The notes: a model not told the origin generated them from the sequence alone. A stretch of DNA of 55,696 nt from an uncultured virus (IMG/VR IMGVR_UViG_3300008110_007658) (IMGVR_UViG_3300008110_007658), one strand, 5' to 3'; positions 43,501 through 51,397 are shown, counted from the first letter of the stretch. Made by a program: numbers and translations.

Positions 43501-46500
43501 GAAAGTTTCATTACTTACTGAAGAAACGCCAATATTACCAATTACTTCTACAGAAATTTCCGGATAATTAAATGTATGTGTTCCACTTCCTGTTGAAGTA
43601 AAATTGATATATTGCTTAGTCTTGTAGTAAAAATCTGCATTATCTGTACCAAATCCAACTTGAGATAATTTGAAACTATCATCACTTACTTTTGTTACAT
43701 AATAATTTGTATTAGTAGATAATCCTCCAATAGAAGTTGCATTGTTTGTGTACTTTACAACTTCTCCGGATTTAAATTGGTGATCATTTATATTAATTGT
43801 TGATATTGAGGTATTGATACCTGCGGTTGATACCGTTCTCTTCTTATTTTCATATCCACTTCCAGAATCAAGAACATTGATAGATTTGATAACTGATTTT
43901 TTGTCGTAAGATTCTATAATATGGTTACCAATACCAAATGAGGTTAAAGAAACTGTGTTAATTCCGGATATTGCATCACTTTTTGTTTCGTGTAATTTGA
44001 TTACAGTTGGTGATTGTACAGAAACATAGTAGGAAGAATTTGTACTTAATCCACCAACACCTCTTTGAGAACTGGTTTTATAAATTACTCTTTCACAATT
44101 TCTGAATTTGTGATATGTACTAAATCCAATCGTTGATAATGCACTACCAATACCAATTAATTGCGCACTTGCTTCTGAATTAAAAGATGATTGATGAGAT
44201 ATCAATGTCATATTCGCTTTAGCCTTTGCACCTATCCCATTACCACCTGTTATTTTGATGATAGGCTCTTCTACATAGTCAAACCCATTGTTAATAATTC
44301 TTATTTCCTTCAATGACCCCATAACTGCGCAATATCCAGTTGCTCCAGTTCCTACAGTATCACTGATGATTAGAGTAGGTGGATTAATGATATCGTATTC
44401 TGCTCCAGTAGATAAAACTTCAATATTTTCAATTGGACCATAATAAACTACATCTTTAGATTTGTAGTTTAATATTTCTGTTCCATTAATTAAAATTCCA
44501 GTTAATCCTGGTTCAGTTGGGTATATTTTGCCATCATTTATTGGTTGCGATATCTCTCTTAATAATTTTTGAGGTCTTAAAAATTTACCCCTAAAATCAT
44601 AAAATTGAATTGTATTTTGATTGACCTGAGTTGGAGTATCTATGGATATAAATTTCGAATTATAGATATCAGATCTACTTCTTGCAAATTTAACTTTAGT
44701 TTCATTAATTCTTTTTATGAAATAAATTCCCTCAGCGAACAAAGAACTTAGAATAATTTCTTCAAAATTAGGATTTCCATCACTGTCATCGATACCTGAT
44801 GATATAATTTTTTCTGGGGTATAATAAACAGAATCTCCCGTATAAAAACCATGATCTACGGATGATGTGATTGTAAATTCATCACCAACAAAAGTTCCGG
44901 ATAAAGTTATAGATTTGTTAGAAACTTCTAATTTTTGTCCATCATAACTTGGTAAAGATGGTGAAGCAACTAAAGTTCTATCTTTAATTTTATAAATGTT
45001 CTGTACATTTGTATTAATTAAAGATAACTCTGAATAATTTGAATTTACTTTTGATAAATTTCTTTTTACTGTATACTTATTTTCTAATAATATACCCTGA
45101 CCTTTTATTTTAAAGGAATTTGGCGAATCAATACTGATAACTTTGGATGTTTTTTCTACTCCAGATTGTCCAATAATTTTTAAGTTATCACCCACTTTAA
45201 AAATATTATTATTTGTAGTGGTAATTGTATATGTGTAATCGGAAATATCAGATAATTTAAAGGATTTGACTTCGTATGATGTTGCTAAATTAAAAAACCA
45301 ATTATTTGATACAGTATCTTCAGACATTATTCCCAAAGATTTAATTGAAGACGTATTTCCTTTCGAAAAATAATAGGTATCGTCAACAATATCAAGATTT
45401 TCTAAAACTGATCCTATTCTTACCTTAATAGTTTCAGTTTCTGTTCCTTTATTAACTTTTGCATATGCATATGTATTGATTCCAATATTAGATCCATCTA
45501 ATATTGTATTCGTTATATTACTACAACCAATAAATTGATTTATTGATTTTGATAAATATGATACAGTTCCTGTGCTAAAATCTTCATATTCTACTGTCAA
45601 CTCTCCACTTTTTGGAAATCCAACCGTAGAATCAACGTCTAATACTACAGATTCTGTAGAAACTTTTCCAATTAATTTTGTTTTTGGATGAATAGAAAAA
45701 TTACCATAAATTGCGGCATCAACAGTAATATCTCTATTGTAATTTGCATCTAAACTTAGTTTGTAATAAGCATTTCCTTCTCCAGATACTATTTTTTCTA
45801 CCTTTGTAATAGGAGAGGATGCTTCTGTTATAGATCCGTATTCATCTTGTTTTAATGTTGCATTTGTAAGATCTAATGGATCTCCAGAAATACTTTCTAC
45901 TATAAGATCTTTAGTGACCCGATACTGTGCATCAGATGGCCTAAACAAATAATTTTTTGGTTTAATTACTTCTACATTTTGTCCATATAAAGAATTGAAT
46001 AAAATTCTAAAGGATTCGTCGGTTCCTTTACTTCTATAAAAATCTTTTGCCTGCTTAATAAACAAAGATTGATTGAGTCCAGAAGAAAAACTTCTATTTT
46101 CAAATCCAGGAGTTAATTGATATTTTGATTTAATCAGAAATTCTTTCAAAAATAAAGAACTTAGATTAATGACCTTAGAACCAATACTATGTGATGTAGA
46201 TTCACTTGTAGAAAATACCAGTTCATCGGGATGATTTTGCTTTTTAAGTGAAGTAATTCCACTAAATCCTCTTACACAACCAACAAATGAAGAATCTGTT
46301 TTTTGCGAATATGTAATAATTTCATCATCAATTTGAATTAATCCATAATAATCTGGAAATCCATATGTACCATTTGACGGTTCATCAAATGATAACTCTA
46401 TTATATCTTCAGTAGAAGAAATATCTCTAGATAAAGTTGCATATTCAGTTTGATTTGTCTGATTATCTAATTTGATATATTGGTCAATATTTTGTATTAG

Positions 46501-46638
46501 ATCACTAGAAGAACCTTTAGATTCCTGTGACAGATAATATTGTGATATGAAGTCAACAACTAATGGAAACTCTTCCCTAACATATGCTGGAAATTGATTT
46601 TGTACAATGTTGCTAAACTTGATTCTGGTTTCTGTCAT
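34579..46638 (-). CDS. gp7: giant baseplate wedge initiator-like protein with accessory repeat domains
   Basis: 4019 aa between gp6 and gp8; KDFYRSKGTDESFRILF and QDSLYYQNFSYSLKS...LNHTLGFKKF wedge-type motifs, plus many G-x-G-Y repeats. Confidence 0.82.
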   Translation of the reverse strand: MTETRIKFSNIVQNQFPAYVREEFPLVVDFISQYYLSQESKGSSSDLIQNIDQYIKLDNQTNQTEYATLSRDISSTEDIIELSFDEPSNGTYGFPDYYGLIQIDDEIITYSQKTDSSFVGCVRGFSGITSLKKQNHPDELVFSTSESTSHSIGSKVINLSSLFLKEFLIKSKYQLTPGFENRSFSSGLNQSLFIKQAKDFYRSKGTDESFRILFNSLYGQNVEVIKPKNYLFRPSDAQYRVTKDLIVESISGDPLDLTNATLKQDEYGSITEASSPITKVEKIVSGEGNAYYKLSLDANYNRDITVDAAIYGNFSIHPKTKLIGKVSTESVVLDVDSTVGFPKSGELTVEYEDFSTGTVSYLSKSINQFIGCSNITNTILDGSNIGINTYAYAKVNKGTETETIKVRIGSVLENLDIVDDTYYFSKGNTSSIKSLGIMSEDTVSNNWFFNLATSYEVKSFKLSDISDYTYTITTTNNNIFKVGDNLKIIGQSGVEKTSKVISIDSPNSFKIKGQGILLENKYTVKRNLSKVNSNYSELSLINTNVQNIYKIKDRTLVASPSLPSYDGQKLEVSNKSITLSGTFVGDEFTITSSVDHGFYTGDSVYYTPEKIISSGIDDSDGNPNFEEIILSSLFAEGIYFIKRINETKVKFARSRSDIYNSKFISIDTPTQVNQNTIQFYDFRGKFLRPQKLLREISQPINDGKIYPTEPGLTGILINGTEILNYKSKDVVYYGPIENIEVLSTGAEYDIINPPTLIISDTVGTGATGYCAVMGSLKEIRIINNGFDYVEEPIIKITGGNGIGAKAKANMTLISHQSSFNSEASAQLIGIGSALSTIGFSTYHKFRNCERVIYKTSSQRGVGGLSTNSSYYVSVQSPTVIKLHETKSDAISGINTVSLTSFGIGNHIIESYDKKSVIKSINVLDSGSGYENKKRTVSTAGINTSISTININDHQFKSGEVVKYTNNATSIGGLSTNTNYYVTKVSDDSFKLSQVGFGTDNADFYYKTKQYINFTSTGSGTHTFNYPEISVEVIGNIGVSSVSNETFAAVVQPIFRGEITSIHLSNKGTKYGSSEILNYRRDPLITLNSGTSAQLTPIISNGKIVEVLPNISGKNYNSPPTLNVIGDGAGAVIVPIIENGQIISVKVIEGGTGYRQESTQVSIVSAGSGAKFNTKIKTWNVNLYQKYFNNITADDGVINIGLNEEYQLQYSHLYAPRKLREIIYPSDQGGKILYGKTDLKKINDIESVSTDHSPIIGWAYDGNPIYGPYGYATNQGGVVVQMKSGYKLTPSEDRPVFPEGFFIEDYTYFEVSDESYLDENNGRFCKTPEFPNGTYAYFATINNSSADSSGPFVGYKHPVFPYLIGNNFRSKPNEFNFKPSSNQDEIDLNTTNWVRNTQPYNSINNYSYLTIPNQLNQTVDVKFAEPGTVDNIEVVAGGINYKVNDSVVFDEEGTGGYGLSARVSRIEGKEVNSISVASTTLSGLEFYPSDQKGFFKVVSPNPHNFKNKDLVAVSGLSTTSSLIEGSYIVGVSTNTFALTSNTGINSSSITGIVTYISISGDISKIRENDTLSIDSEIVKVLNIDLNSSRIRILRGINGTIGSSHTTTSILYQNPRELSIDVGFNTSYNYKINKEIYFNPIDSLGLGTAFGVGIGSTIVFSNPGVGITQIFIPTKTIYIPNHNLETGDKITYYSNGGTPISVSSNGISTILTDQSVVYIAKISGDLIGISSVKVGLGSTGTIVGVSSTTSNITTFYFTGIGTGTYHSFKTNYSAIIGQISKNTVTVSTAQTHGLVNNDLVFVDVNPSISTSFVIKYNDYNRKLVANPKSFSASGINTQTSAITIPKHKFVSGQQVIYTSSTPSGELVNNKVYYTIIVDENNIKLSDTYYQAVDLNPTVVGITSASDGTISAVNPPIEVYRNSTVTFDLSDSSLSYTNSSTKYSAFKLNFYKDSNFTELFDSTKETEDFEVKRYGIVGITTSARVVLTVNEYLPEKIYYNLVPIYEYPLPIEKEEITTDSTVFSNNQIQVKFSDYNGKQNIISTSSTSFTYNLPKYPESPSYTSSAGSLLSYETDSSNAYGPISKVKITSNGANYYDLPSISSVTSDYGSGSILESHSNSIGKIKKSKINDIGFDFPTDFTLKPNVKLTQIAKIEPLASFQSIGITSFGRGYSSPAKLLVFDGKTNEIVTEVDLKYNLGDSQVTILKNTYGLYNTKPKILPTQNSNGVGISSISYNSTSKNVTVILAVGFSTSNSFPFAVNDKVLIENISIGVGSDSKGYNSENYDYQLFTINSVTENIGGFGQVTYSLDGLLNPSEYPGTFDDVNSSGRIIPEKYFPIFNPILQTNDFLKGEVITTPSAEGTVEQWNQKTTYLKIKSNQDFRINEIVEGSSSKSKGLITSNNNIDTFFNLNSSSKFENGWESSAGVLNDNLQRVQDSLYYQNFSYSLKSEVDYDSWKDAVGTLNHTLGFKKFSDYQLNSSLYYNKSFIEKNSNNNSLTPVLTSNLASIDITNNIVGFADLNCVYDFDLVKENSLIIGENSFTDEIIFSSKILTDYFESVGNRVLYIDDISYLFNSNPRPTKFSEVHRFFLADFRAQKYITYVRDKRFTAERQIMLLTVLHDGSNGYLSQYARNETYADLGSFDFAVDGSEGLLIFYPIKYSVNDYDITTLSYNLSDSLSGVGSTSFGGVADIQTNSTSVSSGSTTILNIENTYTSAKVLVEITANNNEYEFTELNVLHNGTDVQLLEYGQLTTHSYDELSSSGLGTFSSYLTGSKLKIDFFPNVGVGVTINTIQIALANSSYSGIGTYDMKHSRLEARTVSISSTSSPVPVVISDYPDQYDGAYFIVQASDTTNNIHQLSEVVMVDDGTETYSSEFATINTFVGIGTIGSERIGTTTQLTFTPLPNIDVQVKVFLNALRNEDDTRDVVDFINASIETNYATYEGADRDIRRSFDLYYQNNPIFQKVFDASDTSIVNIESNTIEIPNHFFVSGELINYSNSGAGTSQSIEISPTNFVGIGTTDKLPSDVYVVKVNDNIIKLSASAEDALKFTPITLDLTGVGIGTYHTFTGNNQNAKLLVAIDNVIQSPIVSTAVTTTLAINAFTTDDILFFTGITSFFGGDLIKVGDEIMRIDGIGIGSTNAIKVRRPWLGTVIAGYSTGELVTKIVGNYNIVDNTLNFVEAPYGNLPYGTTTNPPDERDWLGITTSSRFQGRSFLRSGEVNTANETYYKNYSFDDISSQFTGSNKSFELRSNRSSITGISDQNGIILINDIFQGPGLPYDYNLSENVGMTSITFTGTATSIANDVNTASIPAGGIIVSVGSTEGFGYQPLVSAGGTAVVSIAGTISSISIGNSGSGYRSGVQVVRVGVGTSSTGTPNIQFIGTASISNGHITGVAITNPGVGYSISNPPYVIFDAPLSYSNIPLVYNSSYSGIGTEATIDVVVGQGSSVIDFEIRNTGYSYGQGDVLTLPIGGTVGIPTVVGSSFNEFQIIIQKTFTDKFSGWSIGELQVLDSFSHLFDGERVVFPIKYLGDTISIRSARGSNIKVQDTLLVFINDILQVPGQSYLFPGGSMITFAEAPKSGDTLKILFYKGSGDIDVIFRNILETVKIGDDLTISYDPSIGQGSYLQEDARNVTSVDSTDLVSTNPYFGPGNTTNETLVRPVVWCRQTEDMIINEQGIGKDRMRYEPIIDPVAYLIQSVGIGTTIVYVDNVRPFFNPVNENDVSLSFQKSVSFISQDTIVSASATAVVSSAGTISSLIISNGGYGYTNNPIVTIQSPVGVGSTAIVTSTIVSGIVSSFTITGVGSGYTSTNPPSVLIEPPTFKTEKSFVTSYQGDSGVIVGFGITSISGVTKLIFDTFIPDDSYLQQPSIVGTAITISGLTASQYFMVYDSNVGFATTSIVSTRTDGSTIGIGTYFVDNVYQVDSSQIIGINVTGVGFTYVNRLFARVTGVSTISFGPTYSGIIGTSHYFGNFSWGKIVLSGPIGINSYSFYGNRGVGGISTSTIVKRAVPLKYKNYIT

Positions 46639-46642
46639 TTTA

Positions 46643-48547
46643 TTATAATCTTACTAAGTTCCCGTTAGTGTAGCTTGAGGTTACAATGTAGTTTGATGCA
46701 GATGGATCAAGACCAGATGATATGTCATCTACGATCATTTCAAACATACTGTTATTAATATCTAGTTGCAAATATAAATCCTGTAATCCAACCACATCAT
46801 TTGATTGGGGTGATACTGAGATTTCAATAATTGACTGTCCATTTTTAAATTTTGCAGAACTAATATTAATAGGATTTAAAGTAATAATTCCTTTTTTATA
46901 ATCAATTCTGCCAACGTTTCTCTTTATAACTGTTGAAGAAGTTGATGATGATGAAGGAACAGTGAACAAAAATATCGATCCAGTTGATCTATTAGTGTCA
47001 GGAATATCTGAAAGATATACTGTTTCCTGAATTCCACTTACTTTAAATGGAGAAGATTTAATATTGTATCCATCCATACTTTTAATATGAAATTCGTTAC
47101 CAAATCCAATCACATATTCTGCAAAAGTATTCAAAACAACTCTAAGATCTCTCCTCATTTGAACAGTAGTGATATTAGAAGTCACCGAATCATCACTATC
47201 ATCTATAATTTTTAAAAATTTACTATATTTAAATCTTGCACCATACTTATTTAACTCAGAAGATTCTGAGTATTTTAAAGCATTTTGTTGAATAGTTGCA
47301 GAAACAGATGCCGCACTTGAAGCAAGATTTGTATTATAATAAACTTTAGAATCCACTTCCAAATAAAGATATTTTAGATCTAAAATTTCAGGAACAATTC
47401 CAGCAACTGCATATTTCTTTAATTTATTTTTAATATTTTCTTTCAATAAATTTGGCAAAAAGTCGCCATTTCTTGGTTTAATACTAATAAACACTTTTCC
47501 ATATTGTGGTGGAATCAACTCTTCTCCACCAAATACTGAAATTGATTCTGTTTCTGGATAAATTTTTGCTGGAATTAAAGTTTCATAATCATTTGAAGTC
47601 AATGCTCTATTCTGTGATGCATAAATTCTTGGTGCATATTTTTTAATTGAGTCAACAGACTCAATATTTTCTCCCCCAGAAGAAACTAAACCAGTAGTTA
47701 ATAGTGAAATACCAGAGGTAACAAGATACTCGGTAGAATTTCTTGTGTATACTAATCTTCCTGAGAATGAAAATTGACTAATTCCATTCGCAGAATCTCC
47801 ATTTGTTGTAATATAAGAGACTTCAATATTATCACCTTCCTGTAAAGCCTTTCCAAAAATTCCATCACCAAATATTAATTCATATCTTTCATCTTCAATT
47901 TCTTGTAAAAAATATACTTCAGAATTTTTATCTACATTAAAAAGACTATCTTGAAGATTGTACTTTGATGCTGATACAAATACTGAAATTAATTGAGTGT
48001 CAATTCCACTATTGGGAAGAATATATTTTTGATTGGGATTTCTTGTACTATAAGAAAAATTGCTACTTAATAAAATTCCTTCATATATTTCTATATCAGT
48101 AAATGTTGCAATATTATTAACTACTGGAACTGTAATGTCTTCTAATATTGAAAATATAAACGATTGACTACCAAAACTTCCTGAAGTTCCTGCAACAGGT
48201 CCCTTTTTAAGTGTTAATGCTGCCGGCGCCGGAGTAATATTTGTAGTATCAACAAAAAAACTTATCGTTGCTCTTGCTGCCTTCTTTGACCTAGGAACAT
48301 ATCCAATATTTCTTGCAAGAGAAACTACATTCTCTCTAAGAGTTGCACTATCAATAAACACCTCATTTGCCACCATATTGGCATTATATGAGGTGATGTA
48401 TGTATTGTATGCTAAGACATCAAGAATTGTTGAAAGATTGGACCCTTCAAAATCATAATCCGTAAAATTAGAATTTGACTTTAAGTAATCTCTTAAAGTG
48501 GTTTTAATCTGGTCAAAGTCCAGATTTGTAAAATTTACTAACGGCAT
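46643..48547 (-). CDS. gp6: baseplate wedge subunit
   Basis: LDFDQIK, FTDYDFEGSNLS, DSATLRENVVSLARNIGY, QNRALTSNDY, YGKVFISIKP. Confidence 0.96.
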   Translation of the reverse strand: MPLVNFTNLDFDQIKTTLRDYLKSNSNFTDYDFEGSNLSTILDVLAYNTYITSYNANMVANEVFIDSATLRENVVSLARNIGYVPRSKKAARATISFFVDTTNITPAPAALTLKKGPVAGTSGSFGSQSFIFSILEDITVPVVNNIATFTDIEIYEGILLSSNFSYSTRNPNQKYILPNSGIDTQLISVFVSASKYNLQDSLFNVDKNSEVYFLQEIEDERYELIFGDGIFGKALQEGDNIEVSYITTNGDSANGISQFSFSGRLVYTRNSTEYLVTSGISLLTTGLVSSGGENIESVDSIKKYAPRIYASQNRALTSNDYETLIPAKIYPETESISVFGGEELIPPQYGKVFISIKPRNGDFLPNLLKENIKNKLKKYAVAGIVPEILDLKYLYLEVDSKVYYNTNLASSAASVSATIQQNALKYSESSELNKYGARFKYSKFLKIIDDSDDSVTSNITTVQMRRDLRVVLNTFAEYVIGFGNEFHIKSMDGYNIKSSPFKVSGIQETVYLSDIPDTNRSTGSIFLFTVPSSSSTSSTVIKRNVGRIDYKKGIITLNPINISSAKFKNGQSIIEISVSPQSNDVVGLQDLYLQLDINNSMFEMIVDDISSGLDPSASNYIVTSSYTNGNLVRL

Positions 48548-48949
48548 TTACCTAGTAGGTTGCAGAACGAATTGTAATTGTTGAGCAGGAACATCTGCAC
48601 CAATAATTCTATAATTGATTATGACATCAAATGCACCATTATCATAATCAGGAATGGTCTGAACTTCAATCAATTGAACTCTTGGCTCATAATTATCAAT
48701 TGAATTTCTAATTTCATCCCTAATAACAGATGCTGATATCTCATCAACATTCTCAAAGAGAGATCTACTTACTCTAGAACCAAAATTTTCATTGAAGAAT
48801 TTTTCACCAGGTAGAGTAAAGACAATATTGCGTATTGAACGAGAAATTGCAGTTTCATTTTTGAGCGCAATAAGGTCACTATTCAGGGGATTTGCCTGAA
48901 ATGACATACTTAGGTCTTTAAACCCTTGACTTATGCGCTCTAAAGGCAT
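48548..48949 (-). CDS. gp25: baseplate wedge / sheath initiator
   Basis: AISRSIRNIVFTLPGEKFFNENFGS, NYEPRV; AATAAATA at 48970-48977. Confidence 0.95.
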   Translation of the reverse strand: MPLERISQGFKDLSMSFQANPLNSDLIALKNETAISRSIRNIVFTLPGEKFFNENFGSRVSRSLFENVDEISASVIRDEIRNSIDNYEPRVQLIEVQTIPDYDNGAFDVIINYRIIGADVPAQQLQFVLQPTR

Positions 48950-48975
48950 TTATTAGTACAAATCTAACTTATTTA

Positions 48976-49230
48976 TTAAGGATTTTTGGATTCGTAGAGA
49001 GGTTCAGTTCCATATTCCCAGTCATCATAGTCTTCATCATTGCGAATCTTTGAATGAAGTTCATTTTGAACTGAAAAGTCGTGTTTTTTGGGTGTAATAT
49101 CATCGTTTGCAATTTCACGAAGCATTTTTTGCTTCTGAAGTTTTTGTTCCCAACCATAATCATTGCTTAAATGTGAAGTTCCCCACATTTCGTGCATGTA
49201 ATTTGAGTCTCTGTCGGTTTGTTTAGTCAT
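48976..49230 (-). CDS. hypothetical protein
   Basis: 84 aa with a CAGGAG SD shortly upstream of the ATG. Confidence 0.75.
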   Translation of the reverse strand: MTKQTDRDSNYMHEMWGTSHLSNDYGWEQKLQKQKMLREIANDDITPKKHDFSVQNELHSKIRNDEDYDDWEYGTEPLYESKNP

Positions 49231-49262
49231 TTTTTGCTCCTGATTTATTAAATCAGAACTTT

Positions 49263-49880
49263 TTACGGGGTTGCTATCCCGAAATCAATATAAAAACCTT
49301 GTCTTAAGTAATCTTGATCCTCTATAAAGGTTAAATTGTCAAATTTTTCAGTATCTTGACCTTTCCAAACTGGAATCGCAACAGAATTTCCATAACGAAA
49401 ATCGGGATTTCTTCTAAAATGAACTTCTATTAGTTTATTGTCAATAAATTCACAATTAATCCATTCATAATCACCTTTCAATGATTGCAAAATCTGCGGG
49501 AATTCAATTTTCAAATCTATTTTGGACCATTTTTTCCATTTGTATAAAGGATCACTAAAATCCCTCTCACCCAAAACTACTAAATCTGCTTGTTTGTGAT
49601 GGTAATCAACACTGATATGATCTCCTTTAAAAATCTCACACCAAAACTCTGCTGGATGTAAATGATCTGTACATTTTTCTATCCACTCTATACGAGAAAA
49701 TCTTCCCATCCCAAGTAAATTAATGCACGGGCGAACGATATAATGTCCTGAATGGGGAACGGAGCACCCTACAGGACCACACAGGTGCCCTAGACGGTGA
49801 TTTAGAATTAACTTGTTATAAACCCAAAGATCTTCTAAATGAATTGAGTTCCATTCATCTGCTGGGTCTGAGTAGTACAT
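49263..49880 (-). CDS. hypothetical protein with ATP-grasp-like motif order
   Basis: YIVRP..NLLGMG, FWCEIFKGDHISVD, INCEFIDNKLIEVHFR follow the ATP-grasp motif order; the fold call is tentative. Confidence 0.6.
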   Translation of the reverse strand: MYYSDPADEWNSIHLEDLWVYNKLILNHRLGHLCGPVGCSVPHSGHYIVRPCINLLGMGRFSRIEWIEKCTDHLHPAEFWCEIFKGDHISVDYHHKQADLVVLGERDFSDPLYKWKKWSKIDLKIEFPQILQSLKGDYEWINCEFIDNKLIEVHFRRNPDFRYGNSVAIPVWKGQDTEKFDNLTFIEDQDYLRQGFYIDFGIATP

Positions 49881-50086
49881 GTATGAATTCCTGATACATG
49901 ATTTCTGTGCATTGTATAATTCTTTTGAATACGAATATCAGAGTTTTTAAATGTCCAACACTCTCCATTACTATCTAGAAACACAACCCATTCAAGGTCG
50001 TGCTCTTGTGAACGATCAATACAAAAAAAAGCCCAACCATTACCTTTAGGGGTAACGACTGGGATTTGTGGATTCAATTGAATCAT
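49835..50086 (-). CDS. hypothetical protein
   Basis: 83 aa from the ATG at 50086 (MIQLNPQIPVVTPKGNGWAFF). The ORF track's longer start overlaps a separate upstream gene. Confidence 0.7.
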   Translation of the reverse strand: MIQLNPQIPVVTPKGNGWAFFCIDRSQEHDLEWVVFLDSNGECWTFKNSDIRIQKNYTMHRNHVSGIHTCTTQTQQMNGTQFI

Positions 50087-50087
50087 A

Positions 50088-50228
50088 TTATTTTCCTTGA
50101 CCTCTATACTTTTTCTTGCGTCCATTACGTGATGTTGCAGAAAGTAGTGTACGAGGCGAGCGTCCTTGACGAGTTTTCTTCGGTGCTCCTGCTTCGAACA
50201 CAGTCTTATTACTTCCACCTTTAGCCAT
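50088..50228 (-). CDS. small basic protein ending in YRGQGK
   Basis: Uncalled 46 aa MAKGGSNKTVFEAGAPKKTRQGRSPRTLLSATSRNGRKKKYRGQGK, with GGAGG SD upstream. Confidence 0.8.
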   Translation of the reverse strand: MAKGGSNKTVFEAGAPKKTRQGRSPRTLLSATSRNGRKKKYRGQGK

Positions 50229-50379
50229 AAATTTCCTCCATTTCAATTAAATTAGGATCAATATCTTCTCCCGAGAAAAAACGCTCTGAGAAGTCTTGAA
50301 GAATCTCACTACAGTCTTCTATAGTGAGATTTGAATAAATTTTACGCCCTTTATATAAAAGATTGTAAGTTTTGTCCAT
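50221..50379 (-). CDS. small acidic hypothetical protein
   Basis: Uncalled 52 aa MDKTYNLLYKGRKIYSNLTIEDCSEILQDFSERFFSGEDIDPNLIEMEEIYG; start overlaps the glycosyltransferase stop (TAATG). Confidence 0.75.
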   Translation of the reverse strand: MDKTYNLLYKGRKIYSNLTIEDCSEILQDFSERFFSGEDIDPNLIEMEEIYG

Positions 50380-51146
50380 TAGATTACGCGAGTTTTTTCA
50401 TGCCCAACACGAATACGAGGATCGCACCATGTTACCATACCTGCTGCTTTTGCATCTAGACAGAATGAAACATCCTCACCACACATATCCTGAACTTTGC
50501 CAGAATCAAAGATTTGCATCTTAGGTGCAAACCAAGGATATTCAAGACGCTCAAAGACACCGTGCTTAATTAGTACCCAACCAAATCCAGTGTAATCAAC
50601 AGTGAAAGGCTTTCTACGCTTTGAGATTGACTCAACAGTTTCATGATTCATCACTCCACCATTCTTACGGAAATCATCTTCTTCTAACCAGTGTGCGACA
50701 GAAGTTGTGTGACCATCCTCAGTTGCATACCAACCCGCGACAATTTCACGCTCTTCTCCTTCTGCAGGGAGAGCCATATCACAGAGTTGCCAGAACTTGT
50801 TGGAATCAAAAACAATATCACTATCAATCCAGAGTTGATAATCATACTGTAGTTTTCCATCCCAAGGAATTTGCTTGGGACCACGAAGAACATTTGCACC
50901 TAATACTTTACAACGAGCAAAGTTCACCATAGACGAGTAATCTTGTGAAATCTGAATACTCATTCCATTTTGAACTAAGTCAAAACAAAGTTGTACAAAT
51001 GCCTTGAGAAAAATAAAAGAGCATCCACGACCAGGAAGACAGAATACAATACTCTTCCCTCGCATTCTTGCTTTAATTGCATCATAATCCCAACTAGATT
51101 CTTGAGACTCAGGTGCAGTTGCTTTAACAGTAAATCCTTTTGCCAT
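50379..51146 (-). CDS. GT-A fold (GT2-like) glycosyltransferase
   Basis: DxD motif LWIDSDIVF, TGFGWVLIK, GEDVSFC and VGH motifs. Confidence 0.8.
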   Translation of the reverse strand: MAKGFTVKATAPESQESSWDYDAIKARMRGKSIVFCLPGRGCSFIFLKAFVQLCFDLVQNGMSIQISQDYSSMVNFARCKVLGANVLRGPKQIPWDGKLQYDYQLWIDSDIVFDSNKFWQLCDMALPAEGEEREIVAGWYATEDGHTTSVAHWLEEDDFRKNGGVMNHETVESISKRRKPFTVDYTGFGWVLIKHGVFERLEYPWFAPKMQIFDSGKVQDMCGEDVSFCLDAKAAGMVTWCDPRIRVGHEKTRVI

Positions 51147-51170
51147 AAGTTAAGTTAACCTTCAATGTCA

Positions 51171-51200
51171 ATTTTATCACCCCTATATATGCCTTGTCAA
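51171..51200 (-). promoter_or_regulatory. sigma70-type promoter for the glycosyltransferase cluster
   Basis: TTGACA-N18-TAAAAT with an extended -10 TG. Confidence 0.7.
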
Positions 51201-51397
51201 TGCGATGAGTTTCTTGCAACTTCTCTGTTTAAATGTAACTCCTCATAAGATAAATCATCAGAAGAATAATCAGTTTTCATTAATCCAACAAGATTATTTA
51301 AAGTACTCCATGTTGCATGAAAGTCTTCTTCCCTAATCGAATGAAGTATACAGCGATCCTTCACGTAGATGTGATATATTTTCTCTGAGGTTGTCAT
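51197..51397 (-). CDS. hypothetical protein
   Basis: 66-aa ORF co-oriented with its neighbours. Confidence 0.7.
   Translation of the reverse strand: MTTSEKIYHIYVKDRCILHSIREEDFHATWSTLNNLVGLMKTDYSSDDLSYEELHLNREVARNSSH

Noticed and set aside
25547..46638. Diversity-generating retroelement targeting the giant structural genes
   Set aside because: No reverse transcriptase is in the window, and no template/variable repeat pair was noticed by eye.
48969..49163. 64-aa alternative-frame ORF (similarly 3538-3804 and 6987-7286)
   Set aside because: These are nested in better-supported same-strand genes and lack independent support.
50087..50218. N-terminal 44 aa of the 127-aa ORF in the track
   Set aside because: This stretch is better explained by the SD-led 46-aa YRGQGK gene in another frame; the downstream gene likely starts at 50086.
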